A DNA stretch of 64,000 nucleotides from Gracilinanus agilis (Eukaryota). The stretch is from positions 215,265,475 to 215,329,474 of the forward strand of contig NC_058134.1 of NCBI RefSeq assembly GCF_016433145.1. Direction: 5' to 3'. The notes below the pieces were generated by a model that saw only the letters and a list, made by a program, of their open reading frames with translations, ran no database searches and was not told the origin of the DNA. Below are positions 1 to 12,772 of the stretch, piece after piece. A program made the translations under genes and the position numbers. Within the stretch, counting starts at the first letter, position 1. Every line of letters starts with the position of its first letter.

Positions 1-90
1 GGAGAGAGAGAGGAGAGGAGAAGAGAGGAGAGGAGAGGAGAGGAGAGGAGAGGAGAGGAGAGGAGAGGAGAGGAGAGGAGAGGAGAGGAG
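1..90. repeat. (GGAGA)n pentanucleotide microsatellite
   Basis: Tandem GAGAG/GGAGA units from the window start to ~90. Confidence 0.95.
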
Positions 91-299
91 GGCCAACACT
101 GGAAATAGTGGCATAGCAAATGAGATCACATGTGCAAAATGCTTTGCAAATTACAAAGTGCTCTACAAATGCTGTCTGTTATTATCATCAGTGTTAGAAA
201 GAACGACCAGCCCAGGAAGCCCCCTGACAGCATCTCCCCAAAAAGGGCATCTTGATTCCTTCTTAAGACCTTCAAAGACAAGGAATTGACTGCTTCCTG

Positions 300-870
300 A
301 AGTGGGGGTGGGAAGAGAGGGAACTGGATGTAGAAAAAGAGATTGGGGGGCGGGGAAGAGGAGGAAAGGAAGAAAAAGAGGGAGAGATATAGGGTAGGAG
401 AAGAAGGAAGGGAGAGAAGGAGGAGGAGGAGGAGGAAGAAAAGAGAGAGAGAGGGAAGGAAAGAGAAAGACAGAGACAGAACACCGAATAATCAGAGGAA
501 AAGGCCAAGAGAGAGACACATAGTGAGAATGAGAGACAGAGAAATCAAGAGGGACAAGGAGACAGTGACTTGAGAGGAAAAACACACACTTGAGAGGAAA
601 AACACATAACCCAGAAGGAGAGGGAGACAACCAAGAGGGAGACAATAAGAATGGGAGAGAGACTGAGAGAGAGAGATAGTCAGAGAGAAAAGCAGGAACA
701 AGGAGACAGAGGCAGACAGACAACTCAGAGGAAGACACAAAAGAGGAGACACAGAGAGAATGAGAGATCCTAAGGAAAGAGAGAGAGAGACAGAGTGGAA
801 CAAAGAGAGAGCCCAAGGCTCAAAAACATACAGAGAGAGACAGATACAGAAAAGAGGACAGAGGAAGATG
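300..870. repeat. GA-rich low-complexity polypurine tract
   Basis: + strand almost all A/G with degenerate GAGA/GACA units. This explains the spurious L/S/F-rich ORFs at 163-816. Confidence 0.85.
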
Positions 871-2571
871 GGAAAATGACAAGTGGATTGTGATTTTTTT
901 TTCTTGGTCCTTCTTAAAATACCCTTTTAGAATAATAAAAAAATTATAAATTATTTAAAAAAAAAGAAAACACACTTCAAAGACCTCGGTTGGCAGGAAT
1001 GAACAGGGTAAAGAAGAAAAGAGGACACAAAGGTAAAAGATTAATAATGAGAGAAAAAGACCCAGAAATAAGCCAGCAGCCCTCTGGCAGGGAGGGAAAA
1101 GCTGCCTGGAAGTTTCTTTTAGGCCTCCTCCACTGGGAGGTTGCCAGAGGCTCTGGAAGAGACAATGGGAGAGAGAAAGGATTGGCTTCCAGATGCCTCA
1201 AAGCCAGCCACTCCCCATTTCCCTTCTTGACACCCTGATCCCCATCCCAGGGGGGCCTCAGCCTCCCAGACCAGGACTTGAAAGAAATAAACCCCAGGCT
1301 AAAGACTAGAAAAGGACAAGCTGGCTTCTGCCTAAAGGGAAGTCAGTCCCAAAGGGCAGAGGCTATCCATTGGACATTATCTATGGCCCTGAGCTGTATC
1401 CTCATGCCTGTCTCTGGATGCCCAGGAGGCAAGCCTCAATAACTTGGGCAATCTCTCTAGGCCTCAGCATCCTCCATAATCAGTCAAAGGGGTTCAATCA
1501 GAAAAAGAATAACTCCCTTTTCAATAGTTCTTCACTGCTTACAAAGGACCCTGAACCTGGAACGAACCCCTTGCTAAAGACCCCTACTCATTTCTGATTA
1601 CCTCCCACTCTGCCAAGGCCTTTCTCTTTGTTCCTCGCCCATCCTCCTGAGCCTTAAGTTGTCAGGGTCTCTGTTGGTTGGCAGCCCCCAAAAAGATAAT
1701 GAATAGGTGCTATGGTCCAGACTCTGATCTCTCTTATCACACAGACCTGGGGCAAACTTAGAAAAATGGCAGCTCAGCGCTACATAGATAAACTCTGAAA
1801 GAGACAGACACCAAGAAAGAGGAAACAGGAAGTTGGTGATTTAGATGACATGGCCGCCATTATTCTATTCATGGAATGGTGAGACATTGACTAGCTGAGT
1901 GCTATTGGGCTCACTAAGACTCTACAAAATGAGAGGGTTGGAGTGGATGGCCTCTGGGTTGGCCAATCAATCAATAAGGGCTTCTTACTAAGCTCTGAGG
2001 GAACAAAGAAAAGCACCAATAATCCCTGCCCTCCAGGAGCTTGCAGTTTAATGGGGAAATAATGTAGATATTAGTTGAATATCTACTTAGTAGATTCATA
2101 GAAATAAAGTAGATAACTAGGCAGACTCAAGATACGGACCAAGTGGAAGTCAGGGAAGCCAAGAGACTGTGGTTGTTATTCTTTTGAGCATGAATAGATA
2201 CAGATGTTGGGGTGGGGGGTGTTCTTTAGAATCTGGACTCTATCAAGCTTCATTGTGCTAGAGCCAATGGATGTTGGGTGGGAGCCCTGGAAGGCAATAA
2301 AGCCTGAATTCATATCTTACTCCAGTCGCTTATTAGTATGATACTGTGTGATAGCTAATGTGATACTGGACAAGTCACTTATCTTCTCCCTGCCTCAGGT
2401 TCCTCACCAAAAAATGGGGAGAATATCAGATTATTTGACATCTCCGAGGGGAAAGAGAAGGGAGGGATAGAATTCGCGTCACAAAATATCAGAAAACAAA
2501 TGTCAAAAATTGTTTCTATGTGCAATTGGGTGACAAACAATAAAATATTACTGATAAGAATAAAAATAAGG

Positions 2572-2770
2572 GGGGGGTAGCTGGGTAGCTCAGTGGATTT
2601 AGAGATGGGAGGTCCTGGGTTCAAATCTGGCCTCAGATACTTCCCAGCTGTGTGACCCTGGACAAGTCACTTGACCCCCATTGCCTACCCTTAGCACTCT
2701 TCTGCCTTGGAGCCAATGCACAGTATTGACTCCAAGACAGAAAGTAAGGATTTAAAAAAAAAAAAAAAGA
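2572..2770 (+). mobile_element. SINE1_Mdo-like tRNA-derived SINE
   Basis: GGGTAGCTCAGTGG...GGGTTCAAATC (A/B boxes), core CTGTGTGACCCTGGACAAGTCACTT, CAGTATTGACTCCAAGACAGAAAGTAAGG tail and poly(A). Confidence 0.85.
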
Positions 2771-5419
2771 ATAAATAAATAAAATAGCCTCTGCCTCACA
2801 TTGCTGTTAGGAGGATCAGTGCTTGGCAATCCTTGAAGGATGATTTTGATGCTTCAGTGTAGCATGGATTAAAACCTCCAATATCCCAGTGACCTCCAGG
2901 GTTACTGCTGCCAGACAGGAAAAGAGAGATGGAGGAGAGACTGGCCCTGAGGAGGGGAAGGAGGAGCTCCCAGAGCAGTGCCCCATCCTCACCCTCAGCA
3001 AGCACCCTGGCCTGGCAATCAATAGATCACTAGGTGACCTTAGACAAGGGGACCTTAAACTCTTGTCCAGCCTCTATGTCCTTTCTGGAAAATAGTAAAC
3101 AAGTTGGGCTCTATCATCCCAGGTTTCAATACAACTGTTCTAAAGGATGTCCCAGCTCTGCCATTCCTGTTCTCAGGACCCTCCCATCTCTGAGTTCCTG
3201 TCTCTAACCTTGGACCTCCACATACTCATTCAGTGGCTTCATTGAACTGATGCTAGGGATAGCTAGGTAGCACAGTGGATAGAGGCTGGAGTCTGGAGGT
3301 CTTGGGTTCAAATCCAACCTCAGACACTTCCTAGCTGTGTGACCCTCTGCAAGTCATTTAACCTCAATCTCCTAGTCCTTGTCTGTCTCTTTTAGAGTTA
3401 TTACTAAAACAAAAGGTAAGAGTTTGTTGGTTGTTTTTTTAAACCAAATGATGCTAGTTAAGGAGAATTGTCTGAGCTAAGATGAAAAGTCTGTTGGAGC
3501 CATCCCATAGAGAGGAGCCTGAAAATGTATTTTATACACACACACTTTGGTTTAAAGTTGGTTAAAGGGCTCTCTCCTGTCTGAGACAGGATTCACACCC
3601 AGGTCCTCCTGACTCCGGGCTCAGGGCCCTAACCACCTCATCACGCTAACTCTCATATCCTATTTTACCGCTTCCTCTGCCTTACCAGCCCAAAGTGAAG
3701 GAATCTGTCCAGGTTTAGTGAAAATCAGCAAAATCTGAACTCACTTGCTGCCCCAGTGATAAAGAAAACCAGCCCTGCAGTGCCATCTAGTGGTCTGTGG
3801 CCTCACATGTGCCCACCAGTCATTCTGGGTTAATCATAATAGTCATAATTGCAATTTATTATTTGCAAAGCACTTTACAAATATTATTTCCTCTTTACAG
3901 CAGCCTGGGAGGGAGGGCTATTGTTTTCCCCATCACACAGATACAGGAGCTCTACTTCCCTGATCTCCCAGGTACCCATGACCCATCCTCTCCATTTATC
4001 TTAGATTGATTTGGGTGCAAGTTGCCTCCCCCAGGGAAAATGTAAGCTCCTTGAGGGCAAGGACAGTCTCATTTTGTACCCCCCCCCTCAACCCTCCTAG
4101 CACACAGTAAGTGTTTAATAATTAACTGACAGACAACTAGATGGCAAGATGGAGAGAGGATGGGACCTGGAGACAGGAAGACCTTGTTTTAAATCCTACC
4201 TCGGCCATTTATTAGCTGTGTCACTCTAAACTTGACCTAAGCTTGTCTCTCTACTTTCTCTGTCTCAGACCAGTCCTGAACTTCCATGCCCTCATTCATC
4301 CATTCATAGAATTGATGCTGGTAAAATAAAATGGCCTGAGATAAAGCTGGAAAGGTCTACTAGAGCTGACCTTTCAAGAGGAATCGTAAAAATGTCAAAC
4401 TGAGGAGCCAAGATTTTACCTGAGAGAAAAATAGGGAGATATTGAGAGATTTAGAGAGGGGAACTACAGGAAGCAGGAAGGTGAGTTAAAAGGTTGTTAA
4501 TGGCCTCTGACACTTCCTAGCTGTGTGACTTCTTGGTAAGTGGCTTCACCATTGCCCAGCCCTTACCATTCTTCTGCCGTGGAACCAATAGAAAGCATTG
4601 ATTCTAAGACAGAAAGTGAGGGTTTCATTTTTTTTTAAAAAGGATGTTACAGTGGTGTCTTGGTTAAGTAGGGAGAGACAAAGGTACAGGTGAGAATTTG
4701 CACAGGAGGAAATGTGGCAGCTCCCTGAATGTGAGAAGGGGGGGAAGAGTTAGGGATGACCCTGAAGATGTGACCCCAGGTCAGGAATCTGAAAGATGGT
4801 GGCTCCCTCAACCAGAATGGGGCAGTAAAGAGATGGGCTAGGATTGGGGGGAAGAGGATGAGCTCCAGATGACCACTTGTGGGGGAGTATGGGTAGATTA
4901 GATGGCTCCTGAGGTCCTTCAAGTCTCTGCATTTCTGTGATTCAATCAAGCAATCAATTAACATTAATTAAGTGTCTTTGTGAGCCAAGGACAGGACTTG
5001 ACCAGAGAGATTAAAGCTGAATTTAGGGATTTTGCACGTTGGGATGCAGAGCCCCAAGGAGCAGAGTGGAAAAAGTTAAGGAGCAGAGAGAGAAAGAGGC
5101 ACTGAGCCCACTCTCCTCAAGTTAAATGTCACTCCCTTTGGTAGAAGAGACAAGTGAATGGCCTTGAAGGACAGGAAGAATCTGGACAAGTTAGGAATTA
5201 AATGATGCAATGACAGCCGCTGTCATTGTAGAGCATTGTCCAGCCTGCTGATTGGAACCTCAGTTAGAATCCAACCTCTGCCCAGTAGTGCCTGTGTGAC
5301 TTTGGACCCTATATGGGCCTGTTTTCCCTTGTATGCCTGTATCCTCTCTCGAAATTATCTACAGCTCTCGACAGCCTGCCCTTTCCTGTCCACCCCTCTC
5401 CTGTTTAAGCCCTTCATTA

Positions 5420-5615
5420 ACCTGGGGCAACTGGGGGCGCAGTGAATGGAATCAAGAAGGCCTGGGTTCAAAACTGACCTCAGACGTTTATTAACTGTGT
5501 GACCCAATTTGCCTCAGTTTCCTCATCTGTCACATGAGCTGGAGAAGGAAATGGCAAAGCATTCCCTGTCTCTGCCAAGAACACCCGAAACGCAGGCTCA
5601 AAGAATCAGAAGCTA
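5420..5615 (+). mobile_element. MAR1-like CORE-SINE with RTE-derived tail
   Basis: MIR core followed by GAGCTGGAGAAGGAAATGGCAAAGCATTCC...TGCCAAGAA. Sits directly upstream of the RPS19BP1 promoter. Confidence 0.75.
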
Positions 5616-5639
5616 CTGAAATAACCGCAACTCCGATAG

Positions 5640-5788
5640 TCCTCTGCGCGTGCGTCTTAAAGAGCACTCGGTGGCGCTGCCTTCCCGGAACTCTCCGGGC
5701 CGGGACACGAGCTTCCGGCCGGGCGCTTTAGGAGTCGGCTCCGAGCGGAAGTGCTGTGGTAGATCACGTGGGCGGCGGCGGTGGCGGC
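5640..5788 (+). promoter_or_regulatory. RPS19BP1 CpG-island, TATA-less promoter
   Basis: CpG-rich. NRF1-like TGCGCGTGCG at 5645, TTCCCGGAA (ETS/STAT-type) at 5682-5690, CTTCCGG at ~5712, GCGGAAGTG at ~5744, E-box CACGTG at 5765-5770. Confidence 0.7.
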
Positions 5789-7656
5789 ATGTCGGCTTCG
5801 CTCCTGCGCAAAGGCCTGGAGCTCCTTGGAGAGCCTACCGGTGAGGCGGGGGGTTGGCGAGGGCGCGGCACGGCGCAGGGGAAAAACGGGGCTGAAGCCT
5901 CAGTTTGCGGGTCAGCGGAATGGGCTGGGAGGAAGCCCGGCCCTGACAGTACCCCCATCCTCTCCCAGGCTCCAGGACTGGACCCCAGAAGCGGTCCCCG
6001 GGGAAGCGGCCTCCCAGGAAGAACGGAGCAACGGTCAAGGGGAAGGTCACCAAGTCGGCTCTGGGTGAGATGCCGGGAAGTGGGGCGGGGGTTGGTGGCG
6101 CCCTCACCGCTACTGTCTCTTCCCTCTCCGAGCCTTTGCACCGGCCATGCCCACTTCCGGGAGCGTCCTCCCTTTCCGTTAACGTCTCCCAGAACAGAAT
6201 CCCTTGCTCAGAGCGCCCAGCGAGGCTCCCCCTTTACCTCAAATGAATTTCCAGGTCAGCCGGCATTTATTAGGCGCCAACTGTGTAGCGGGCCCTGTAA
6301 AGAAGTAGGGAGGGAAGCTCCCCTCCCCCTTTAGCTGCCCTCGTTCATTTGAGCTGAATTAGGCTGGATGTGGGGCTGGTCCCAGAGGAAGCCATTGAGG
6401 AGGCTTGCCCATGGTCACATACATGTTAGAGGCTGGATTTGAACCCCGGTCCTGGGGCTCCCCTTCCTTTGACCATCCCAGACCAAGTTGGTATGGTTGT
6501 GGGTTTGTTTCTAATGACTCTTTTGCCTCCCTTTAGAGGAGTTCCAGAAGCGGCAGAGTCAGGACCACCTGCAGGAGAACCTGAGATTCATGAAGCAGAA
6601 ACGAGTGGCTGCAGACCCGAAGATCACCTCAAAGGTCAGGGTGCAGCCCCACCCCCTTATCTAATTGCCTGGGAGTCTCCTGGGCTGGGGGAAGGGAACT
6701 TCTACTCTTGGGGTCATCTAGGAGTTGTTTCAGGTGACAGTAGTCTCAGCCTGTTTTCACCATCCCCAAGGCAGGATGCATCCTTCCACCCCCATCCCTA
6801 TAAGAGCTTCCCCATGGGTCTAGAGGGCAGGTAGTTCATCTCGTTCACCTAATTCTACCTGGAGGGGCCCTAGAGAAAGAAGAAAAGGCTCAACTGGGCA
6901 AGGGTGTGAGGGCAGGTGGGAGCCACGGCCTTGTTCTGTTTGGCCACAGGAGCCCTGACCAGGGGAGGGAATATCTGAGAGAATGAAAGGAAAGGGAGGA
7001 GAGACCTAATCTGGACCAGAGCTGGCTGGGTTGCCCTAGGAGGTAATGAGCTTCCCATCAGCAAGGGCTGCAAGGCAAAGGCTAGATCATAGTCAGAGTC
7101 AGAGGGAGCTTGGAGATGGCCTAGTCCAAAAATCCTCATTTCTCAGGTAAGTTGGCACTTGTTAGAGTGGAGAAGGAATTCTTCTGGTTGAGGAGAGGCT
7201 CTCTGGTTTTCTTAGAGGCAAACCTGAGGGTTTAAGCTTACCTCTTCAGCTTTCAGGCCTTTGTGACCCCAGAGTCCCAAGTGCCTTGTCAGTAGAGGCA
7301 AAGCAGGGGTCCTTTGGAGAAGGAGAGCAATTCTTTCCAGGCCAGATATAGACTGAGACACCGGCTCTCCTCCTTCCTAGCCTTCCTCATCTAACCCACT
7401 CACTCAAGCCAAGCCCAACCCCTCCCCTCCTCTCCGTGGGGAACCCTTGTCTACCTCCAGCATATCCCTTCCCTCCTCCTCCCCCATGACTTCTGGCCTC
7501 TGCCTCCTACAGATCCTTCTCCATAACCGAGGCAGGAAAGCCAGGGACCGACCAGCCACCAAGCCAGAGAAGGAGAAACCCCAGGGCACTGTGTTCACCG
7601 AGGAAGATTTCCAGAAGTTCCAGGAGGAATATTTTGGGAGTTCTGGAACCAAGTGA
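5789..7656 (+). CDS. RPS19BP1: Ribosomal protein S19 binding protein 1 (AROS), 129 aa, 4 exons
   Basis: Exons 5789-5840, 5969-6064, 6537-6634 and 7513-7656, all GT-AG and in frame (390 nt). Protein [14 protein letters not shown]...[28 protein letters not shown]...[14 protein letters not shown]...[19 protein letters not shown] matches AROS. Synteny with ATF4. Confidence 0.95.
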
Positions 7657-7974
7657 TGGAGAGGAAGGAGCCCCAAGACTGGACTGATGTGGTTTTGGCT
7701 CCCCAGAAGAAGCATTCACATGGGGACAAGGAGATCAAGATGGTCTTGGGCCAAGTCTCCTGGCTCCGAACAGGGCAGTGCCAGAGGGATTGTGGCAGAT
7801 AGAGGGAGGGCCTGGCTCCCTTCTCCCCACTCCCAGCTTCAGGAGTCCCCACCCTTGGGACTGCTGTTTGAGACTCAGCCACCAGAGGGCACTGCTGCCC
7901 CCACACAGAAGGGAGGGGAATGGGCCCTAGTGGGTAGTGGCTGGGCCAGGGCCTGAGGACAGCCCTGTCTCCTG

Positions 7975-7980
7975 AATAAA
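7975..7980 (+). terminator. RPS19BP1 polyadenylation signal AATAAA
   Basis: First AATAAA noted after the stop codon, about 320 nt downstream. Confidence 0.65.
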
Positions 7981-8487
7981 AATGAAAACTTCCCTGTTTG
8001 GGATTCCAGTGAGCCTAGGTCCCAGCCTGGGGCACCTTCCCACCCTAGACAGGCCCCCTAGAGACAGCAACAGTGGGTGAAGGGGTGGGGCTAACAGCCC
8101 TGGAGTCATATGGGGGAGATCTGGGGTCCGGGCTTTTGGAAGCTTGAGACTACCCTCAGTACAGACAAAGGCAGGAGATCTGAGGGAAAGGAAACCTGAT
8201 TTGGTAACAACAGGCCTGGGCGGTGATGTGGTTCAGCTTCCTGCTCTCCTACTTCCTCTCTAAAGCTCAGAACAAAGGCCTTTCACTTTTCTCTCCTGTG
8301 GAAAGCCATACAATGCCTGCCCTCCCCCCAGAGCACCTCCATGAAGGGCAAAATAGGAGCCTCTCTCTGACAGTTGGTCCACAGTTCAGAAAGCTCCTAC
8401 AGAGTCACTGGAATCAGAATGGGGCTATTCTTGTCCTCCCCTCCTGGCAACCAACGTGGATAATTCGAGCAGTTTGGGTGGGCTATT

Positions 8488-8691
8488 CTTTTTTTTAACC
8501 CCTTACCTTCCTTCTCCAAAACAAGACTGTGTATTGGTTCCAAGGCAGAAGTTTGCTAAGAGCTACTCAGCAGGGGGGGTTAAGTGACTTGCCCAGGGTC
8601 ACACAGCTAGGAAGTGTCTGAGGCCAGACTAGAACCCAGGACTTTCCATCTCTGGGTCTAGCTCTAACCACTGAGCCATCTTAACTGCCCC
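8488..8691 (-). mobile_element. SINE1_Mdo-like SINE
   Basis: Reverse complement of the full SINE with poly(T) at the left end. Confidence 0.85.
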
Positions 8692-9014
8692 CAGGAATGG
8701 GTTGTTCTAAAAAGATGGTTGTCTCTGTTCCCAGGTCCCCAGGAGGAGGTGATTAAAGGGTGAGTTGGGCTAAGGCCAAACAGGACATTTGAGAGAATGA
8801 TCTTGGTGCCTCTCCTTGCTCCCCTTCCTGCCTGATAAAACATTTCAGAAAGAGGCTTGCCAAAGTGAGCATTCTTACTCCATTGAAAGAAGCCACTTCT
8901 TCACTCCAGAGACCTCAGGAGCCAGGTGGAGGCTTGAAAAGCAAATCTAACTCCCTTGGTGCAGGGGAAAGGCCAGAGGTGACTTGGGACCTGTCTGTGG
9001 TCACAAATCCTGTA

Positions 9015-9200
9015 GATGGAGAGCCAGGCCTAGAGATGGGAGGTCCCAGGTTCAAATCCGGCCTCAGACACTTCCCAGCTGTGTTATCCTGGGCAGGTCT
9101 CTTACCCCCATTGCCTATCCCTCATCAATCTTCTGCCTTGGTACCAATACACAGTATTGATTCTAAGATGAAAGGTGAGGGTTTTAAAAAAAAAAAAAAA
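9015..9200 (+). mobile_element. SINE1_Mdo-like SINE
   Basis: GGAGAGCCAGGCCTAGAGATGGGAGGTCC...GATTCTAAGATGAAAGGTGAGG plus poly(A). Confidence 0.85.
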
Positions 9201-10419
9201 GCCTGCTGTGGATACTAGGGTCTTCCAGCTCTAGCTTTGGAGCTGCCCTAGGTAGAATTCTTGGGCACAAAGGGAAGTGGGGCCCCTCACCTTGGGGTAA
9301 GGCCTCTCCCTGGTTAGCCTCCAAGGTTAGAATCATGGGATGCTAGCATCAGAGGGGACTTGGGTGACTCCTGCTCCCAGCTCAGTGGTCTCCAGCTACA
9401 ACAATCCTAGAACGAGGAGATCCAAAGGCTCACTCTATGCCCCTTGTGGGGAGCTCTGTCAGAAACAATGCTACCTTATGTGGTGTCTCCCCCCAGTAGA
9501 GTGAGCTCCTGGGGAGAGCAGACTGCTTCAGTTTAACGTTTGTGTCCCCCACACAGACATTCCTTGGCACATAGTAAGCACTTAACTGCTTCAGTCACTG
9601 CTGTTTCCTCCCACTGCCCTTTGCCCTATTTCCCTTGACAGCTAGAAGGAGGGACTAAATCTCCCACTTCTTGCCTCCCAGTTGCCTGTCTGCTAACTAT
9701 GCTCCCTCCCCCTAGCATAGGTGAGAGCTATGAGTGCCAAACATCTCAGATGTTGTCAGAAGTGGTTCAGGTCCGTTTTGCTGAATAAAATTATTTCCTC
9801 TTTTCTTGACTACAAGAGCTGGCTCAATGGGAAGGGGATGGCAGCATCCAGCATTAGGAAATGGAAGTAATGTTAAAATGGAAGAGTAATCTGAATTTAA
9901 AACAATTTCAAAATAAGCTGACCTTCCCTCTGAAGTCCAGGGGTTATCCTTCCAAGATCCTTGGAAGGCAAAATTTTTAGGAAACACAAGTTTTTAACTT
10001 CTCCAAGTTCCCTGAGAGGCTGCTTCTGGGAACCGTCAGGGCTCCTGTGGGTCGGGATGAACTTTCATTCCGAATGGAAACACTCTTCAGCTTGGATCCA
10101 ATTCAGAGAAATTGGAAGCTAGACAAATGGTTTCCCTGTTGCTAGATTTTGGAGTCTGCTCAATTCTTGCCAGTTGGAGTTAGCCCTTGGACATTTGAGG
10201 TTCTCAGGGAATTGGAAAAAAACTTAGGTTCAAGTTAAAATCTGCTTCCTCCTATTCATTTCACTCTTGGCTCCTCATTCACAGAAGCAGAGTTTTCAGG
10301 TAGACAGAATGCTATCTAGATCATATCTGAAAAGGAATCCCCACAATTACAGTCACTGCGAGAGCTAGGAGTGAAGAGGGGAGGTCTCTCCCAAGATGGC
10401 CCATTCCATTTCTGAACAG

Positions 10420-11400
10420 CTGGTTACAGAAAAGCTTTACCTAAATTTATCTTCTGATTCTGACCCTCTGGGGCCAAACTAGGATAAGTGTAATCCCTCT
10501 TTCCCATTGATGAAGATAGCTGCTGGCTTTTTGTCTGCCCCCCACCCCCAAGTGTTCTCCAGGCTACACACTACACATCTGGTTGATTCATTGAACTTAA
10601 AAACCAGTAAAACTTCCTTAGCTCTTTTTTTTTTTGGACTATCCGATCATGCCTCCCTCATGTTAAAATTCAGCCCAGTGTTCTAGCCGCTTTTTGGAGG
10701 GTGAGTAGAGAATAGGGAGAAGCTTAATTGCAAAGTATTAGCACTTCCAGCTACCATCCCACGTATTCAAATCTTGGATAAAATTGTTAAATGGCACCAG
10801 GCCAAGGGAGAGCCCAGATCCCTGAAGGGTGCTACACTGGAGACCAGGTCCCAGTTGTGAGCTTTTAACTATTAATGGCTACTTTTTTTTTTTTTTAAAC
10901 CCTTACCTTTTATCTTAGAATCAATACTGTGTGTTGGTTATAAGGCAGAAGAGTGGTAAGGGTTACTTAAGTAACTTGCCCAGGGTCACACAGCTAGGAA
11001 GTGTCTGAGATCACATTTTAACCCAGGACCTCCCACCTCTTGGCAGCCCAGCTGCTCCCAATGACTGTTACTCTTGATCTAATCATTTACTCATTTCTAA
11101 ATCTATTAAATAATATTCTCATTTAAACCTAGATCTCACCATCTTATCAAATGTTTTGCTAAAATCTAAGATAATTCCATACCAGATCCCACTGTGATCA
11201 GCCCCTGGTTTGGTGAACCTGTTAAGAAAAAATATTCCAGTCTCTGGCCTAAATTTGCCTTCTCTTAGTAATATGTGCCCATTGTCCATGTTACATACTT
11301 GAAGCCAAATTAATTCCCATCCTTTTCCCTTTTTGGACCACTAGGACATTTGCCCTTCCTCTCATCTCTTATACTTGGTTCCTGTGTTTGTCTGCTTCAC
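10420..11400 (-). mobile_element. Degenerate CR1/L3 LINE fragments, interrupted by a SINE
   Basis: CTGGGGCCAAACTAGGATAAGTGTAATCCCTCTT and CAAATGTTTTGCTAAAATCTAAGAT resemble antisense L3 ORF2/3' sequence. Confidence 0.45.
10883..11058 (-). mobile_element. SINE1_Mdo-like SINE
   Basis: Poly(T) followed by the reverse-complement SINE body. Confidence 0.8.
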
Positions 11401-12703
11401 CAAGTCTCTTCAAGGTCTGGGGATGGAATTCATCTGGGCAGCAGAGTGCTCTCTTCATTGTGATGGACATTCTTAATTCTGATTATCGGTCCTCCCCATT
11501 AGCTATTTGCCTTCTGCACCCTTTCCCATAAAAAGCTTCTCTCCCTGCCAAGAATGGAACATCTCTGCTTCCACTGGGGTCAAGTCAGTTATCTTCCCAT
11601 CCACCCTCAACTTCTGCCTCCTGACTCCCTTTGAGTCAATACCTTTCACCCACTATCTTTTTTTAAAAAATTCGTTTAGTCCTGTTTTATACATGCTTAA
11701 GCGCCATTGCATCCTATAACCGCACATCTATGGATAAAAAAGCCTCACCTTTTCTCAACAGCTTCATCTCATTCTAAGGCTTAGGTCTCTTGAGACCAAT
11801 ATGTATTTGATGGCAGCCATCATAGGCTTCACAAATTCCCTTCTCCACTGACTCAGAAAAGCTATGTAACAGGGAGGTCCCTTGGCCACCAGAAGAGGGG
11901 ACTCCAGAGAATGGGCTCCCCCAGGAGACAAGTTCTAGGTTTTAGGGAAACTGGGTGCCAGGTCTGGAATCAGGAATTCATCTTCCTGCCTCAGTGTTGA
12001 CCCTGACTAGTCACTAGGCCTTATTTGCCTTGAATTCATCTGCAAAATGGGATTGAGAAGGAAATTACAAATCACTTATTATCACTGCCAAAAGATCTGG
12101 GTGAAAGGTGCAAATTCCCACAAGGCTTCAAAACCGTGGGTTTACCCTAATGCATAATAGGGCAGGTTGACAATTCTGACAGTTGAAAAGTTTTTTTTGT
12201 TGGATTACTACACAAAGGGCAAATTGCTCTTAAAAAGTACTTGGTTTTGCAGTGGAATTGTGCATTGGCTACCTCAGAGGTGAGTGGGAGGGGAAGAATG
12301 TAAATCATGTAACCATGGAAAAATGGTCAATTTTTCTCTTGAATTTTTTATAAAGTACTTAAGGTTTCAGATTTATGACTGAATTTTTTAGCCTCTACAC
12401 ATCAAGTACCACCTGTTACGTATGCTAATCCGTTTGCTCCTTTTAGAGCTTTACTTTCCTCACAAACCTGGAAGCCTTCCAGATACTCCATACTTTTGTG
12501 CTGGGGCTATTTGCAGAGGGATATAATAGATACATCTCTATTAAACCAGTTAGAAACCTTACACCCAGTCACACTACCCATGATTACACAGAATTGAGGA
12601 TTCCCAATTAGGATTTGTTCTTTTGGGGAAAGCAAGTTTTTACAACCCAACCCCATGGGCCTTATGAAACATGCACACAAGTTACACTTTTACTACAAAA
12701 TAA

Positions 12704-12709
12704 TTTATT
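12704..12709 (-). terminator. ATF4 polyadenylation signal AATAAA
   Basis: TTTATT on the + strand, ~64 nt past the ATF4 stop, consistent with the short mammalian ATF4 3'UTR. Confidence 0.8.
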
Positions 12710-12772
12710 GAATGAACACAGCACAAGACTCCTATATACACACAAAGACAAAGAATCTGACTACCCAACAAC

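Noticed and set aside
163-816. 217-aa hydrophobic ORF and overlapping ORFs
   Set aside because: They are translations of the GA/CT low-complexity tract, with no domain features.
5756-6334. 192-aa ORF starting upstream of RPS19BP1
   Set aside because: Read-through of exon 1 into the GC-rich intron 1. Homology ends at the 5840 donor.
9948-9968. Perfect 9-bp inverted repeat CCTTCCAAG-ATC-CTTGGAAGG
   Set aside because: One or a few such short hairpins are expected by chance in 64 kb, and there is no supporting context.
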